A stretch of DNA of 61,377 bases, the filler included, from Hausera hauseri (taxonomy: Eukaryota), in the NCBI GenBank assembly GCA_046269625.1. It is 11 parts of 11 records of this genome, joined end to end, with 100 filler letters (N's around TTAATTAATTAA, not from the genome) between each part and the next. Parts side by side here need not be neighbours in the genome. Positions count along the whole stretch, not along the records: positions 35,975 to 40,083 come from JBJURY010756764.1; positions 40,184 to 52,223 come from JBJURY010053329.1; 9 more parts are not named here. The stretch is one strand, 5' to 3'. This document shows positions 39,178-51,275 of the stretch, in pieces. A program made the position numbers and the translations under genes. The notes under the pieces are model-generated. The model was not told the DNA's origin, did no database searches, and saw nothing but the letters and a program-made list of their open reading frames with translations. Position 1 is the stretch's first letter. Each line of letters begins with the position of its first letter.

Positions 39178-40083
39178 ATGACATATGCAAAATCTAAATT
39201 GTGTATATTCGACAAAGCCGCATCACAAGTTGTTATTGACAATGCCACATTTGAAGAAATCTACCCCGTTGATTCGGTTTCAACGGACGATAACATTGAT
39301 GTTCAATTTAACATTATGGCATCGGCCAATGAATACCTAAATTTGAGCTATACACTACTCTATGTAAAAATCATTGTTAAAAATGATGCATCAACGGTTC
39401 TCGCTGCAAAAGACACTGTCACACCCTCCAATTACCATTATCTCACACTGCTCCAGGAGGCTTCACTGAATCCAAATAGCGTCAAAATCGAAGGCAGCAC
39501 CAGTATATACAGTATTAAAGCACTCATTGAAACGGCGCTGAATTACAGTGCAGACACGAAAACGACTCATTTGACGAAAACCATCGGATATGATTGTCAG
39601 GCATGGGTGGCAGAATAGAAAGCTTTTACAATGTGTAGACCGCTGTACTTTGACTTTTTCGACCAGCCTAAATACCTACTGCCCGGTGTTAAAGCCATTA
39701 TTCGGCTGCAACAAAGCGACAATGCCTTTTGTTTGAAAACCGCAGTTGCAAATCTCAAACCCATGATCAAGATTACCCAGGCACAATTATACGTACGTCG
39801 TGTAAAGTAGAATCATCTGTGCTCATGGGACATCAATTGGGCTTGGAAACACAAAATGCCTGTTACTTATTACAACACATGGAACTCGTCCTTTACACCA
39901 TACCCAAATGTTCAACTACTTTTTACAACGATGCACTATTTGGGGACATGCGATTGCCGAAATTTGTGCTCGTTACATTTCAAACGACTGTTCAACAAAC
40001 GGGCATTTATACCACCGATTCGGAAACGTTTACCCATAGCAATGTGAATTACATCAGTTTGGGTCGGAATGCGGATTTCGTTG
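39178..40083 (+). pseudogene. Polinton major capsid protein, second copy
   Basis: MTYAKSKLCIFDKAASQ, EYLNLSYTLLYVK, DQPKYLLPGV, LFGDMRLPKFVLVTF; runs into spacer. Confidence 0.9.
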
Positions 40084-40499
40084 NNNNNNNNNNNNNNNNN
40101 NNNNNNNNNNNNNNNNNNNNNNNNNNNTTAATTAATTAANNNNNNNNNNNNNNNNNNNNNNNNNNNNNNNNNNNNNNNNNNNNTAGAACAAATTTCGAAG
40201 TTGTGAGCGAGCTAAGTATTTCGTATTTCACACAAGCATAAAAGATAGTCGCTTCTTCTAAATTTTGTAACTCTATCTTTGTTGGCTCCCTAATCATGTT
40301 AACATATGAGCCGGAAAAAAAGAAAAAACGCACCTACAATTACATTCTCAATGGCGAGTGAGAAGAAAAATATGACTGCATGAATTTAGCCATAGCATCA
40401 TATAAGTTATATATTGAGGGCGGCCCTAATCAACTCCCACTATATAACAATAAGTTAATTAATTTGATCGCTTTTTAATGCAGGTAGGGATTACCGTTC

Positions 40500-41330
40500 T
40501 CGGTAACCAGAATGTGCCTTAATAATTTAAATATCAATTGTTCAGTAACCGCTGGTACTGCGTGCAAATCCTGTGCCGTAGATTAATTAATTCTCCTCTT
40601 AACTATCTAATTTTAACTGATATTTTAACACTTAGTGTAGTCGAATCGATATTAAGAATCGAAGAGAAACTAAGTAAATTTAAGTCTTTTACAAACAAAA
40701 ATATAATTGACAATACACATGATACCTGGAACACCCAGTTTCCCAATAAAGTCTACTGATACTGAATGGAATTTTCCTTCGGATGTTTCACCACTGGAAA
40801 TTTCTCTGTATCTCAATAACTGATAATGTGAATATCCAACTGCTGCTTCAGATCTGTTTCTAAATACTGATTCCGATTTCTCTGATACTAATTCTCGAAA
40901 TATGAATACTGGTTAGCTATCGATTGCTGCTTGTATCTGTAACTATCTGTAACTGACTAACTGTATCTGTAACTGTAGGCAGCAGCAACTGTTCAACTGT
41001 CAACAACAACAAATAACAACTACCGCACTGATCTACGTCGATGCGCTTATATATTACGCTGTGTGCAGGAATTTTTGTTTTCGCTGAATTTTCCGAAGGT
41101 ATTTTCGATTTGATAAGAATTTTCGGATAATTTTCACAACTAAATTCTTCAAATTTCTACACAATTATCAATTTGATTTCCACAAATTCACATAATTCAT
41201 AAAAATTCCATAAAATATTTCTAATCACTAATAATACCATTTTCCGATAATACCAAAATTTTACTTTGGTACATCAATCTCACTTGATGTAATTCTTAAC
41301 TCTAATATGTACAGCTATGTAAAATTTCTC
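40500..41330 (-). repeat. Putative 3' LTR (boundaries uncertain)
   Basis: Non-coding; minus-strand TATATAAG at ~41046-41053 followed ~20 nt later by TCAGT; pyrimidine tract (PPT complement) tttctcctccct at 41325-41336; second LTR not in the window. Confidence 0.35.
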
Positions 41331-41459
41331 CTCCCTGAGCGGCATCCTCGCAGGAGTGGTGACTCCCAATTAGTGTCGGTGCCGTAGGCCCAGTCTACTC
41401 CGGAGACTACTAGAACCTTGTCTCCTCCGCTTCTAACGCGTAATTAGTGCTAGGTTGGT

Positions 41460-42720
41460 TTTAAATCGGAACTAATCTATTACACTCGCCATTTGAGAAA
41501 TATTTCAGTCCATCCGCTTCTGCTCGACATACTGGACACGTGGTTTTGCTGTTATCCAAAGTCCATGTTTCAAGGCATGTACGACAATATTTGTCTGAAC
41601 TCTTTGTTATCTAATTTTACATAGCCTTGCAAAAGGTTTTCTCTACAAACGAGGCAGGTATCTTCATCTTCATTAGTGTTTTCGTCCTCAAGGTCTACTT
41701 TTGGGATATTTCTAATCTGTTCAAATACGAGTCCATCGTGGTCGTAGTATAGGTAACTATGAAGTTCATTTTGGTGGATGTTGATCGAGCTTTTACGGGA
41801 ATCATAGTCTACTGGAACTAATGTCCAATCTATAACTGTCTCTTTGTCAAGGTCAGGAATTTTATCCTCCTTCTTATACGCCTGATATTTCTTTTTCCAC
41901 ATTTCTTTGATTTGGGCATCCACGGGAATTGAGAGTTTTCTTATTCTCTTTTATTTAAACATTGGGGCTAAATACTGTCCTATCTTTGGGTTTTCCCAAA
42001 CGTATGCACCTTCTGGAACATCGCGTATTCCTCCATTATTCACATAGAATATCGCCTCATTTATCTTTGGACGACTACAATACTCTGCTGTAACCAGAAG
42101 TTTTGGGTAGTCCTTAGTTGTTTCTTTTGATTTCTTTTTCTTAAGCATATTTACTCCGGTGAATAACTGGGTGGAGTCATTTTCTGATTTTCTTCGGGGT
42201 GTTTGGTTCCTAATTTTTCTCTGAACCCTTTCGGACTGGATTGTGTCCATTGTCTTTCGGGTTTTGGTTTCTTTTTCTTGTTCTTTTGGTTTTCTACTCC
42301 TTTGGAATTGGGTTTTCCTCAGGTGATTTTGTCTCTTTTATTTGTTTCCTCCGTTCCTTTTGCTCTTCACGGTTTTTCTTTTTAAATATATAGTTGTAAC
42401 GTGATAATTTACTCTTATTCTCAGGTATCTTGGTTTCAGTTCTCTTCTCTCTAGGGTCGTTGATCTTTTCGTGATAAAATATTGGAATTTCTGGTGTTTT
42501 AAGAGTTGCTTGTGGCTTGGCATCCCTAATTTTAACTTCGGAGCTGGAATTGTAATTGATGCTGGGTTTGTTCTCTGTTTTTGGAAAATTCGTGACTGAT
42601 TTGGAATTAGATTCTTCTATACTGATTCGATAACTGGCTCGTGGTGTAGATTCAACAATTCTAAGGGGAGAATAAGATCTGAAATGTCTTCTATATCTCG
42701 AGCTCAATCTTTCTGCATTA
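41460..42720 (-). pseudogene. Basic accessory protein with C-terminal RING finger
   Basis: DTCLVCRENL...(frameshift)KYCRTCLETWTLDNSKTTCPVCRAE; upstream K/R/S-rich ORF pieces 41570-42707. Confidence 0.65.
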
Positions 42721-42759
42721 GTTGAACTTCGTAAGTTTTGACTTGGGTTGTCGGGGATC

Positions 42760-43867
42760 CATTCATGTCCTATTTCAATCCTGCGTATATGTAGCGCAAA
42801 TACTGAGAACGTTGACTTGCTGTTAGTAATCAGCTTATTCTGACATGTTTCCCGCTCGTTGCTTCGAGCATTAACTTAAATCGGCCTTCAACGGTCAGGG
42901 GTATGTAACCGTTTCTTTCTTTGAGAGTCTGTTTCATTTGTTCCATTATTGTAGGGTGAGTTTCTGTTTCTTGTATTCCTGCCATATGCGTGATGGGTAG
43001 TTTCAGTTTTTCCACAACTCTTTCTACTTGATACCCGGCAAGGATACATCCATATAGGCAGTGGGTCAATTCTTCTCGGACTAATTTGATATCTTTACCG
43101 TGGACTAATTGTTCCTTTTTTATTTCCGTAACTTCTGAGTAGGTTTCTCATATTTGTTTTCTCGGGCTAATGACTTAAATAAACTTCGATTCGTCCTATT
43201 TCTCGTACAGATACGTCGACCGGAATATCATTTCCGTCATCTTCTTCTCCATAGTTCAACGATATTATTTTTAGAATTTCTAACATGTTGTACGAGTCTG
43301 AAGGATTGTAGATGTTCTTCTTGATCTTTTTCGGTAGGTTCCTGTCTAAATTGAAGGGGCGGTAATCGAACAAAGGGTGCATTTTCATAGGTCATTTCGA
43401 TCATTAGTTTAACTGGTAATGTGTCAACTCTGAATTCTAATTCGCAATTGTGATGATGGAAAGCTTCACTGTTGATCGAGAGGATACTATATCGATGTTG
43501 CCTTCCTTGCGAGGAATCCAAAATTTGATCCTTCAATCGATAATAGATTTCTCCGCCTGCAAAGTGAATAAAGATGCTGTGATGAGACTGTTTCATATTG
43601 GATTATTTGTCTCAAAACATATGCTTTTGCATCTTTGTCTTCTCTCATGGCAAATAAGTGTGCCGTTCTATTTTCTTCAGTGGTTCCTTTAAGATTACTG
43701 GGAATCTCACTAGTCTGCTTGTATTCTACAAATGTTTTCCCTTGTAATTCTTTATTGATCTGATGAAATATTGACTTAGATTGGGGAATTAGCACGGTTG
43801 CATATTTTTGCAGAAAATCGTCGATGCTACGTCGGCTTGTTTTCATGGTTACTTGAATACTTACCAA
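42760..43867 (-). pseudogene. Orphan accessory ORF(s)
   Basis: Overlapping same-strand ORF pieces 43487-43867, 43237-43596, 43167-43388, 42830-43069 consistent with one frameshifted gene; no motif recognised. Confidence 0.45.
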
Positions 43868-43966
43868 TCTGGGAAATAAACGACAAGGATTTATCTTAAA
43901 ATAAATCGTGGTTTTAAATTAAAACCAGTTCGTTTTTTGATGATAGAATAACCCAATCTGTAGTTG

Positions 43967-45295
43967 TCAGGTTATTTTATCGTAGGGGTACTCTTGGGTT
44001 TCCGATACTGTTAACCCCCGTTTTATGATTTCACGACGCTTATTATGACAGTTTTTGGTAACTAATCGAAAAGTCGCTATGAATATTATTAGCGCAAACA
44101 TTGATAAGCTTACTATCATTTTGATTGGCAAGGTTGTTAATTCTTTTAGTTTTACAGTTGTACTTACTGTAGTTATGTCAATTTCTGCGTCTCGATTCAA
44201 ACGGGGTTTAGTTTGCACTTCATCTAAGGTATGTAATGCAAAGATTAGACTCTGCCTGTCTTTTGCGTTTATTTGTATTATATATTCTGTTTTCGGTTTT
44301 AACGAATCGCACGTAGTCTGATAAGTGTTTTTCAACAGGGTTACCCTTTGATGAGTGTACATGGTACGGCAATTTATCTCGTCATCATAGTTGAGTTTTT
44401 CATCCACGGAAAACATTATTTTGCGCTGTTGAGTCAGACATTTAACAGGAATTGTAACTGAATCTCTTATAAGCGTTTCCCTCGTCGCAGTAATCTTAAC
44501 AATGGTGCTTACTCGAGTAGTTGGTTTCTTCGTTGTCGTTTCGGCTGCGATTTTCCAGATTCTATTGTTCGGATAATATCTTTCTAGATATATACTCGAT
44601 CTGTCCATTTTGATTCCATAAAGGTTAAAATGGATTCTATATTCACAACCTTCTGGTATTTTATAACACGAATTTGGTCTGGTATTTATGATACCACAAT
44701 AATTTGGAGATGGGCTCATCTTGTTTATTTTGACAATTTGAACTGAAATCTCTTGATTGCTGGGCAGTCTCCCCTTGGTTTTCACATTGATACATTTGTC
44801 CTTCTTTTCTTCCGATATACCAATTATGTTTTTATCCAACACCCATTTGATTGGATCTGTTGATTGAATTATGTCGTTAAAGTCTATTACATTGATTCTG
44901 TGGCCTTATGGCTCCTTGCGTGCGCCCATCGTTCTTATAATGCATCCGTTTCACAAAAGTGTAGGTGCTTCCGTAATTTATAGCACAACATTCTTCTTGA
45001 AATCCATAAGGCAGGTCACAGTGGGTCACTACCTCCTGAGTCGTGTTCCAAAGAATTACTTGGTATTTCACTGATCTCCTGACCGGTCTGTCTGTTCTGA
45101 ATAGTACACAGTTTTTTATCGGATCTATACTCCGGGCCTTAAAGCGATCTAGGGTATTTAGATCTTTCCGCTTCATGCTTACCATCTCGTTTTTCATTCA
45201 TCGGTTTAGTAACTGAACCAGTCCGGTCTGAGCTTTTGTTTCTGGAATATATGAAGCGATTAGAGACAGTGAAAGACTATTTGTATGTAAAACAT
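43967..45295 (-). pseudogene. Type-I membrane protein: Cys-rich ectodomain, FN3-like domain, Thr-rich stalk, TM, short tail
   Basis: Signal-like MFYIQIVF/LSLIASYIPETKA-QT; DSLKPKTEYIIQINA (FN3 signature); TM MIVSLSMFALIIFIATF; tail ends EYPYDKIT. Confidence 0.65.
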
Positions 45296-45329
45296 AGGTC
45301 TGATAATTATGGTCTAAGCTTTTCTTCTT

Positions 45330-48300
45330 CTGTTATCCGGTTTATGATTCGTTTTCGCATTACTAACACACAAATTGTATCGTTTATCTGGTTTTATTTC
45401 TGTTTTCACGACTCATTGTATCGATACTACTTTTTCTTTTCCGTTTCTATTAATATAAACCGTGGTAGGTGTTGTTCTGAGGACTTCATATGGTCCTCTT
45501 GCAGTGCGTGTAAGCTTTAACGGGCTGCCTCTCCTGGCTACGGGGTAATGCACATAAACCCAGTTTCCGGTTTCTATATCATGCGGTTTCGCCTTCTTAT
45601 CATATTGTTTTTTAAATTGTTCCTGATATTCTAGGGATAATGTTTTCGCTACTTTTCAACACTCTTGTAATCTGTTTTGTAAGACTTCTGCAAAATTTGA
45701 CTCTAAGTCCTCGAGATTCGCTTCATATGGAATCATTCCTAAGTCCGTCGGCAATGTTGCTTCTCGACCATACATCATAAAGAATGGTGTGAAACCGGTG
45801 GCAAGATCTGGTGTTGTATTAATGGCGGATTGATTCCCTTCTAAAAATTTATCCCAATCTGTCTGATCTTTTGCGACTACCGTGGACAATATTCGTATAA
45901 CGGTGGCATTCATACGTTCCACCATTCCGTTGCATTGAGGGTGATAGGTTGTTGTAGTTAATCTTTCAATTTCAAATATTTTAATGATTTTGTCAAACAA
46001 CTCACTGGTGAAATTCCTTCCTCGATCCGTTAGTATGTGTTCCGGTGGTCCATATCTTCAGATAATTTTCCTTACTAACGCTTCTGATAAGGTTTCTGCT
46101 TTTTGATCGTATAATGCTACTAATTCTACAAAATGAGTTAAACGGTCGACGCATGTTAATATATATCTGTTATTCCTGGACGTCGTGGGTAGCGGTCCTA
46201 CGATGTCCATTTACATGGCTTGCATTGGTCTGTCTGGTACGTTTATGGGTTTTAGCTCTGCTATGTAATTTCGCGCTTTTCTCTGCTTTGGTTGCACACA
46301 CTTCGCAGGCACTTACTCAGTTTTTCACATCAATATATATACTTGGTCAGTAGTATTTGTTAAGTACCCTTTCTAAAGTCTTTTTCCAGGACATGTGTCC
46401 GGCTAAATACGAGTCGTGCTCAGCCGTTAAAACTTGTGTTCGTAAAACTTTGGGTATAACTACTAGTTTCCTTTTCACTTGTAGCGGGAACACAATATTT
46501 GTGTCCGTGTCGCCGTAAGTGTTTCCTTAACTGATGACCTTCAGGCTTTACATCTGTTTCGGTGTGCTCAATGATTTGTTGGATAACCTTATTCTTCTTT
46601 AGTTCGATGGAAATTCTGATTGCTTTATCTAATGTTAGGATTCGCTGTCTGTCTACTAACTCTTCGGGCATACTTTTCTTCATTGTCATAATAGCACTCG
46701 TTTTTGTCTTCAGTCTAGATAATGCATCGGCATCCACGTGCTTAGTGCCGAGCTTGTATTGAAATTCAATATTGTATATTGAGATTTCTTCAATCCATCT
46801 ATTTAACCTGCATGTAGGGTTGTTTGCTCGTCCTTTCAAAGTTGTGACTGCTCTGTTGTCGGTCACTATTATTATTCTCTGTCCATAAACATAGACATTG
46901 AAGTGTCTTAAGGCTTCTTTTACAGCTAATGTCTCTAATTCCGTTGCCGAATAATTTTTTTCAGCTTTCTTTAAGGAGCGTCCTCCGTAAGCGATTGGAT
47001 GTTCCAATTCTTTCTCTTCGCGTTCTTGTCCTAGTTCGTATCCGATACCTTCTTTACTGGCATCTGTCTTAATAATAAATGGAAGATAGAAATCGGGATA
47101 TCTCAACACTGGCTCACTCGTTAATCTTTTCATTATTTCATCGAACTCTTTTTGTTCGACATCCGTCCATTTCCATTTGATTCCTTTTTTAGTAATCGAT
47201 ATAACGGCGCGTTTATTTTTGAATTATCAGGTACATATATAGCGTATTACCCACATAAGCCTAGCCAATGCCTTAATTCTTTTTGGTTCTGGGCTCCATA
47301 CAGTCCAAAATTTTATTCAACAACGATTTGTTTGGTTTTGATTCCCCTTCTGCAACTATATGGCCAAGGTAGGATACAGCATTTTGAGCCAATTTACATT
47401 TCTGTGGGTTTAGTTTTAACCCGGCTTGTTCTAATCTCACAAGTGTGTCTTCAATATCCTTTATATGCTCTTTTTCCGTTTTTGATGCAATCATTACGTC
47501 GTCTAAGTACGCAAATGCATGCTCGAGACCCATTAATAATTTATTCATCATTCTGGTGAAAATAGCTGGTCCAGTGGTAATTCCAAATGGCATAACATTA
47601 AACTCATATACTCAATAGTGAGTTTTAAACGCTGTTTTATAGCGGTCTTCCTCTTCAATCTCTACTTGCCAGTATCCGGATTGTAAGTCCAGAGTGGTGA
47701 ACTATTTCGCTCCTGAAAGTCTATCTAATGCTTCTTTTACAGACGGTAGGGGAAATGAATCTTTCGTCACGAGAGTATTTAGTGCTCGGTAATCGATACA
47801 AAATCGATGTTTTGTGTACCTTTCTTTTTGACCATAAGTATAGGCGAGTACCAAGATCTGAAACTTGGTCTAATGATATCGATCTTAAGCATCCGCTCTA
47901 CTTCCTTGGTTATCTCATGTCTTAAATAATGCGGTGGTGGATACCATTTTGGCACTTTCTGTTCTTCGAGATCAATTTCGTCATTGGTATCAGGCTTTTT
48001 CTTAAGTGGTATAGTTAACTTTAACGTTTTTACTCGGCCGATGTCTTCTTCATTCTTAGCAATAATTGAGTTGTATCGACATAGCAATTCATAAAACTGA
48101 CAATAGGCTTCTGATGAAAATTTAGTCTCTACATGGTGAAGAAACTGAGCATATTTGTATGGTTTTTCTTCAACAGTTATTGCCGATACTTTATAAGTGT
48201 GATGTAAGGTAGTGTTAGCATATAATGTTACTGGAATTGGCGCATTATTCACTATTCTAACAGGTATCCGACCCGATGCTACACTGGTTAATATATTACT

Positions 48301-48900
48301 CAGTATTATGCTTGGTTTCGGCGTGTCTTTCGGCTCGAAGTACACCGGTAAATCGTCGTCTTGATAAATTTGTGCAAATATTAATAATTACATTCTGGGC
48401 GGAATATTTTCGTCAACCGGAATTCATACTTTTCCGATTTCTCTCTCCTTATTAATTTTTGTTCCTTTTATTGGTCCGAATTCGACTAGTTATGAGGCGT
48501 TCTATCTACAGCTATAGTTGGTAGCCTTTTTAATAGATTGCATCCTAGTACTACGTCATCCGTTAAGTGTTCCATTATCGAAAATTCATGTTGGAATGTT
48601 TGTTCCATTATGTTGGCGTTAAGGTTCCATTTAAATCTCGGCCTTGATTCTTGTCCAAAAGCTCCTATGCTTCTGGGGTCGGTTGCTAGTAGTAAGCGTA
48701 GTTGATTTCGTAACGTTTTCGGTATTGATCCGTCCTTTATAAAGGATCTCTCTAATCCGGTATCTATTAACTCGTATACTTCCCAACCTTCAATGCTAAT
48801 TTTAGCGAAGGGTCTGCCTTCTTTTACTTTGGGTTGTCTAGCGACGGATATTTTGTACCCATTTATACTAATTTCTGGTGCTTTATCCTCGGCTACTTAT
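45330..48900 (-). pseudogene. pol: Ty3/Gypsy pol (protease, RT, RNase H, integrase with GPY/F)
   Basis: LIDTG (~48760), [84 protein letters not shown] (~45490). Confidence 0.95.
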
Positions 48901-49068
48901 TTTAATTCCTCAGTGAGTACAATCCATTATTTACACCATTTTCATTATCTCGATCTGGTGCATTGATCAGTGTCTCCCGGGTGTTTGAGTTATGGGAAGA
49001 TTGCATTCGCGGATTGTCCCAAACGGATGATTTAGTTTCCATATTCCGCGATATCCTTGGAGAATAAA

Positions 49069-51269
49069 TCACTTTGCAGTCACCCACCGGCTGGCGGCAT
49101 GATTTAGATTTTTCTTTACTTCTGTAATTTTCCGTAACACACCGTATTGTTTCGTTTCTTCATAAGAATCTTCATAGCTGAAAGGCTTTTGATAGGTTTC
49201 CGACCTATAAGAGTTGATGGATCTTTTGTCGCAATCTTCATACATTGGTGCTGAAGGAGGCAACATAGGCAAGGGTGGTTTAATGACCAAATATCCTTTC
49301 TGTCTACCTAAGTTGGAGACCAGGTCTCCTCCATTAGGCTCGTCATCATCTGAATTGTTTCTTTGTCGTATGAAGAATACGGGTCTCCGCTTCCATTTTC
49401 GATTGTCATAGCCGACATGTCTTTTGACATCGCTTTTCCATTTGTCTTCTTCATATGCACTCAGGAATTTTCCGAAGGGCGTTATAATCGCGGTCAAAAT
49501 TTTTCAGGAAAATCTAGGCAGGGTAAAAATTTCATAGCCGTTAATAACAGATTGAATTACCGCTTTAATTGGTTGTACCAAGGAATAGATGGCTAGGAAT
49601 CCTGATGCGGCTTGCCCAAAAGTTAAAAATCTTCCTCATATTTTGTATAATATCTCCGTAGTAACTTTTTGATAATGGTTGGCACCAATCAAGGATTCCC
49701 ATTTCGCTTGATGGCGAATATCGTCTATCACTGACGTCATAGCCCTATTCGGTTCATGTGTACGCTGACGAGGAAAAGCTAAGAATTGTCTGAAAGCTTC
49801 AATTTCCTTTGGGCAGTAAATCCATTTACTTGCGGTGTCAATGAATTTATCGTCTGCAATACCTTTAGCAAATTCGTACCTGTTAGTTTACTTGGTGTGG
49901 CGATTATTCCTCCATTTGGCAGACTTACCCAGTCTGTCTCGCTTTTTTTAAACATAGGTTCCCCTAATCCTGATTTACATTCCTTCAAAATTGTTGGTTG
50001 CGTCTAGTTTTCCAATAAAACTCTTGTAAGTGGCATTGCTAATCGAGGCACATTCTGATACAATACAGGTGGTTCTTGTATGCAACGTTTCTCTTCCATG
50101 TTTATGGATACATCTCGTTTTTCGCACTCATATGTTAGTAGGACTTCTCGGGTGACTCGTCCGAAAATACCTTCTTTCATTGGAATTACAGGTGAAGCTA
50201 GATCTGGATTGGCGTATATTAAGGCCAATTTGGTTCTCATTCTTTCTATGTCCAACTTACAGTCGTTCGCGATCATTTTGTGGTATAGTACTGCTATTTC
50301 GGTCTGTCCCTTATAATAAAAGTAGTCATCTCTATTTTTCAAGTAGTCTTCTATCTTCAGATCTTGTGTCTCCAACGTAAAAGTAGTTATTTCGGATTCA
50401 GCTACAAAAATGCTTCGTAGTTAGTGGCGTACATCAATACGTTACATCATGAGAGCATTTGCTTTTTAATAAACTTTAGCCCATGACTGTCAGAAATCAA
50501 TATCGTCGGCGTGGAGTTTTCGGCCACGTCCTTCCTTGATCTGGCGTTGGTGTCTACTGTATATACATATCCTTTTCCTGTAGTTTTGTTAAAACTTATC
50601 TCTTTTATCCTGATAAAATTAGTCACTTGCAGGGGGTGGCGCCCAAATAACTATCGAGCTTTGGAAAGTGCAAGCTCCATCTTGAATACGGCACCTCTGA
50701 TTTTCAGTGTATGTCTTTGTAACACTGTGGAACATTACCTTTTGATTTCTCATTTCTGTCTCATAAAAATCGACTATTACAACTCATGCTTCTTTTCCCT
50801 TACCAGTGTCATATTCTGCTCCGTTACAGTGTCCTGTGTGCATGTCTAATTTTCCAATTGCTACTTTATATGCTCGAATTATTTTCCCTTGCTGAACTTC
50901 CAATTTTATACCGTCCCATCGCAATGTTCCGGTTTTTTTGGCCTGTTTACATTGTTGTCGCTCTAAATTCATGGGAATCAGTGGAGTCGTTGGTTGTATT
51001 ATCGACTAGTGTCCATAAATATTCTCACAGTAGAAAATGCTTCGTGACCTCCGTAACATACATTCTATTCCGTTTAACGCGACTAATTCACGCTGCTGAT
51101 ACAGGAAGCACTCCTTCTCAGTTGTTACTAGCTTGTGTGGTCTAGCATCTTCGCATATTTCTAAATCTATCAAAGAGTATTTTTGACCTAGTTTGAATTT
51201 ATCACAATCGTATACAATGATCGCTCCAAATTGTCTTACCAACATCATGAGCGTTATTAACTTAATCAT
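49069..51269 (-). pseudogene. env: Envelope glycoprotein, chuvirus-like / gB-related class III fusion protein
   Basis: Signal peptide then AIIVYDC, SL.D...C, C...RSIFYC, C..AKKTGTL, GHCNG..Y, LY..M....C.L, P...., G......EV...YEC, CIQEPPV, MPLTRVL, C....PMF....W, hydrophobic TM region ~49490-49640; Cys spacing matches Chuviridae-type glycoproteins; frameshifted. Confidence 0.8.
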
Positions 51270-51275
51270 CCAATT

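Noticed and set aside
40354-40370. 16-nt inverted match to ~41483-41499 (ttctcaa[a]tggcgagtg)
   Set aside because: Short, gapped, one arm inside a coding region; chance cannot be excluded
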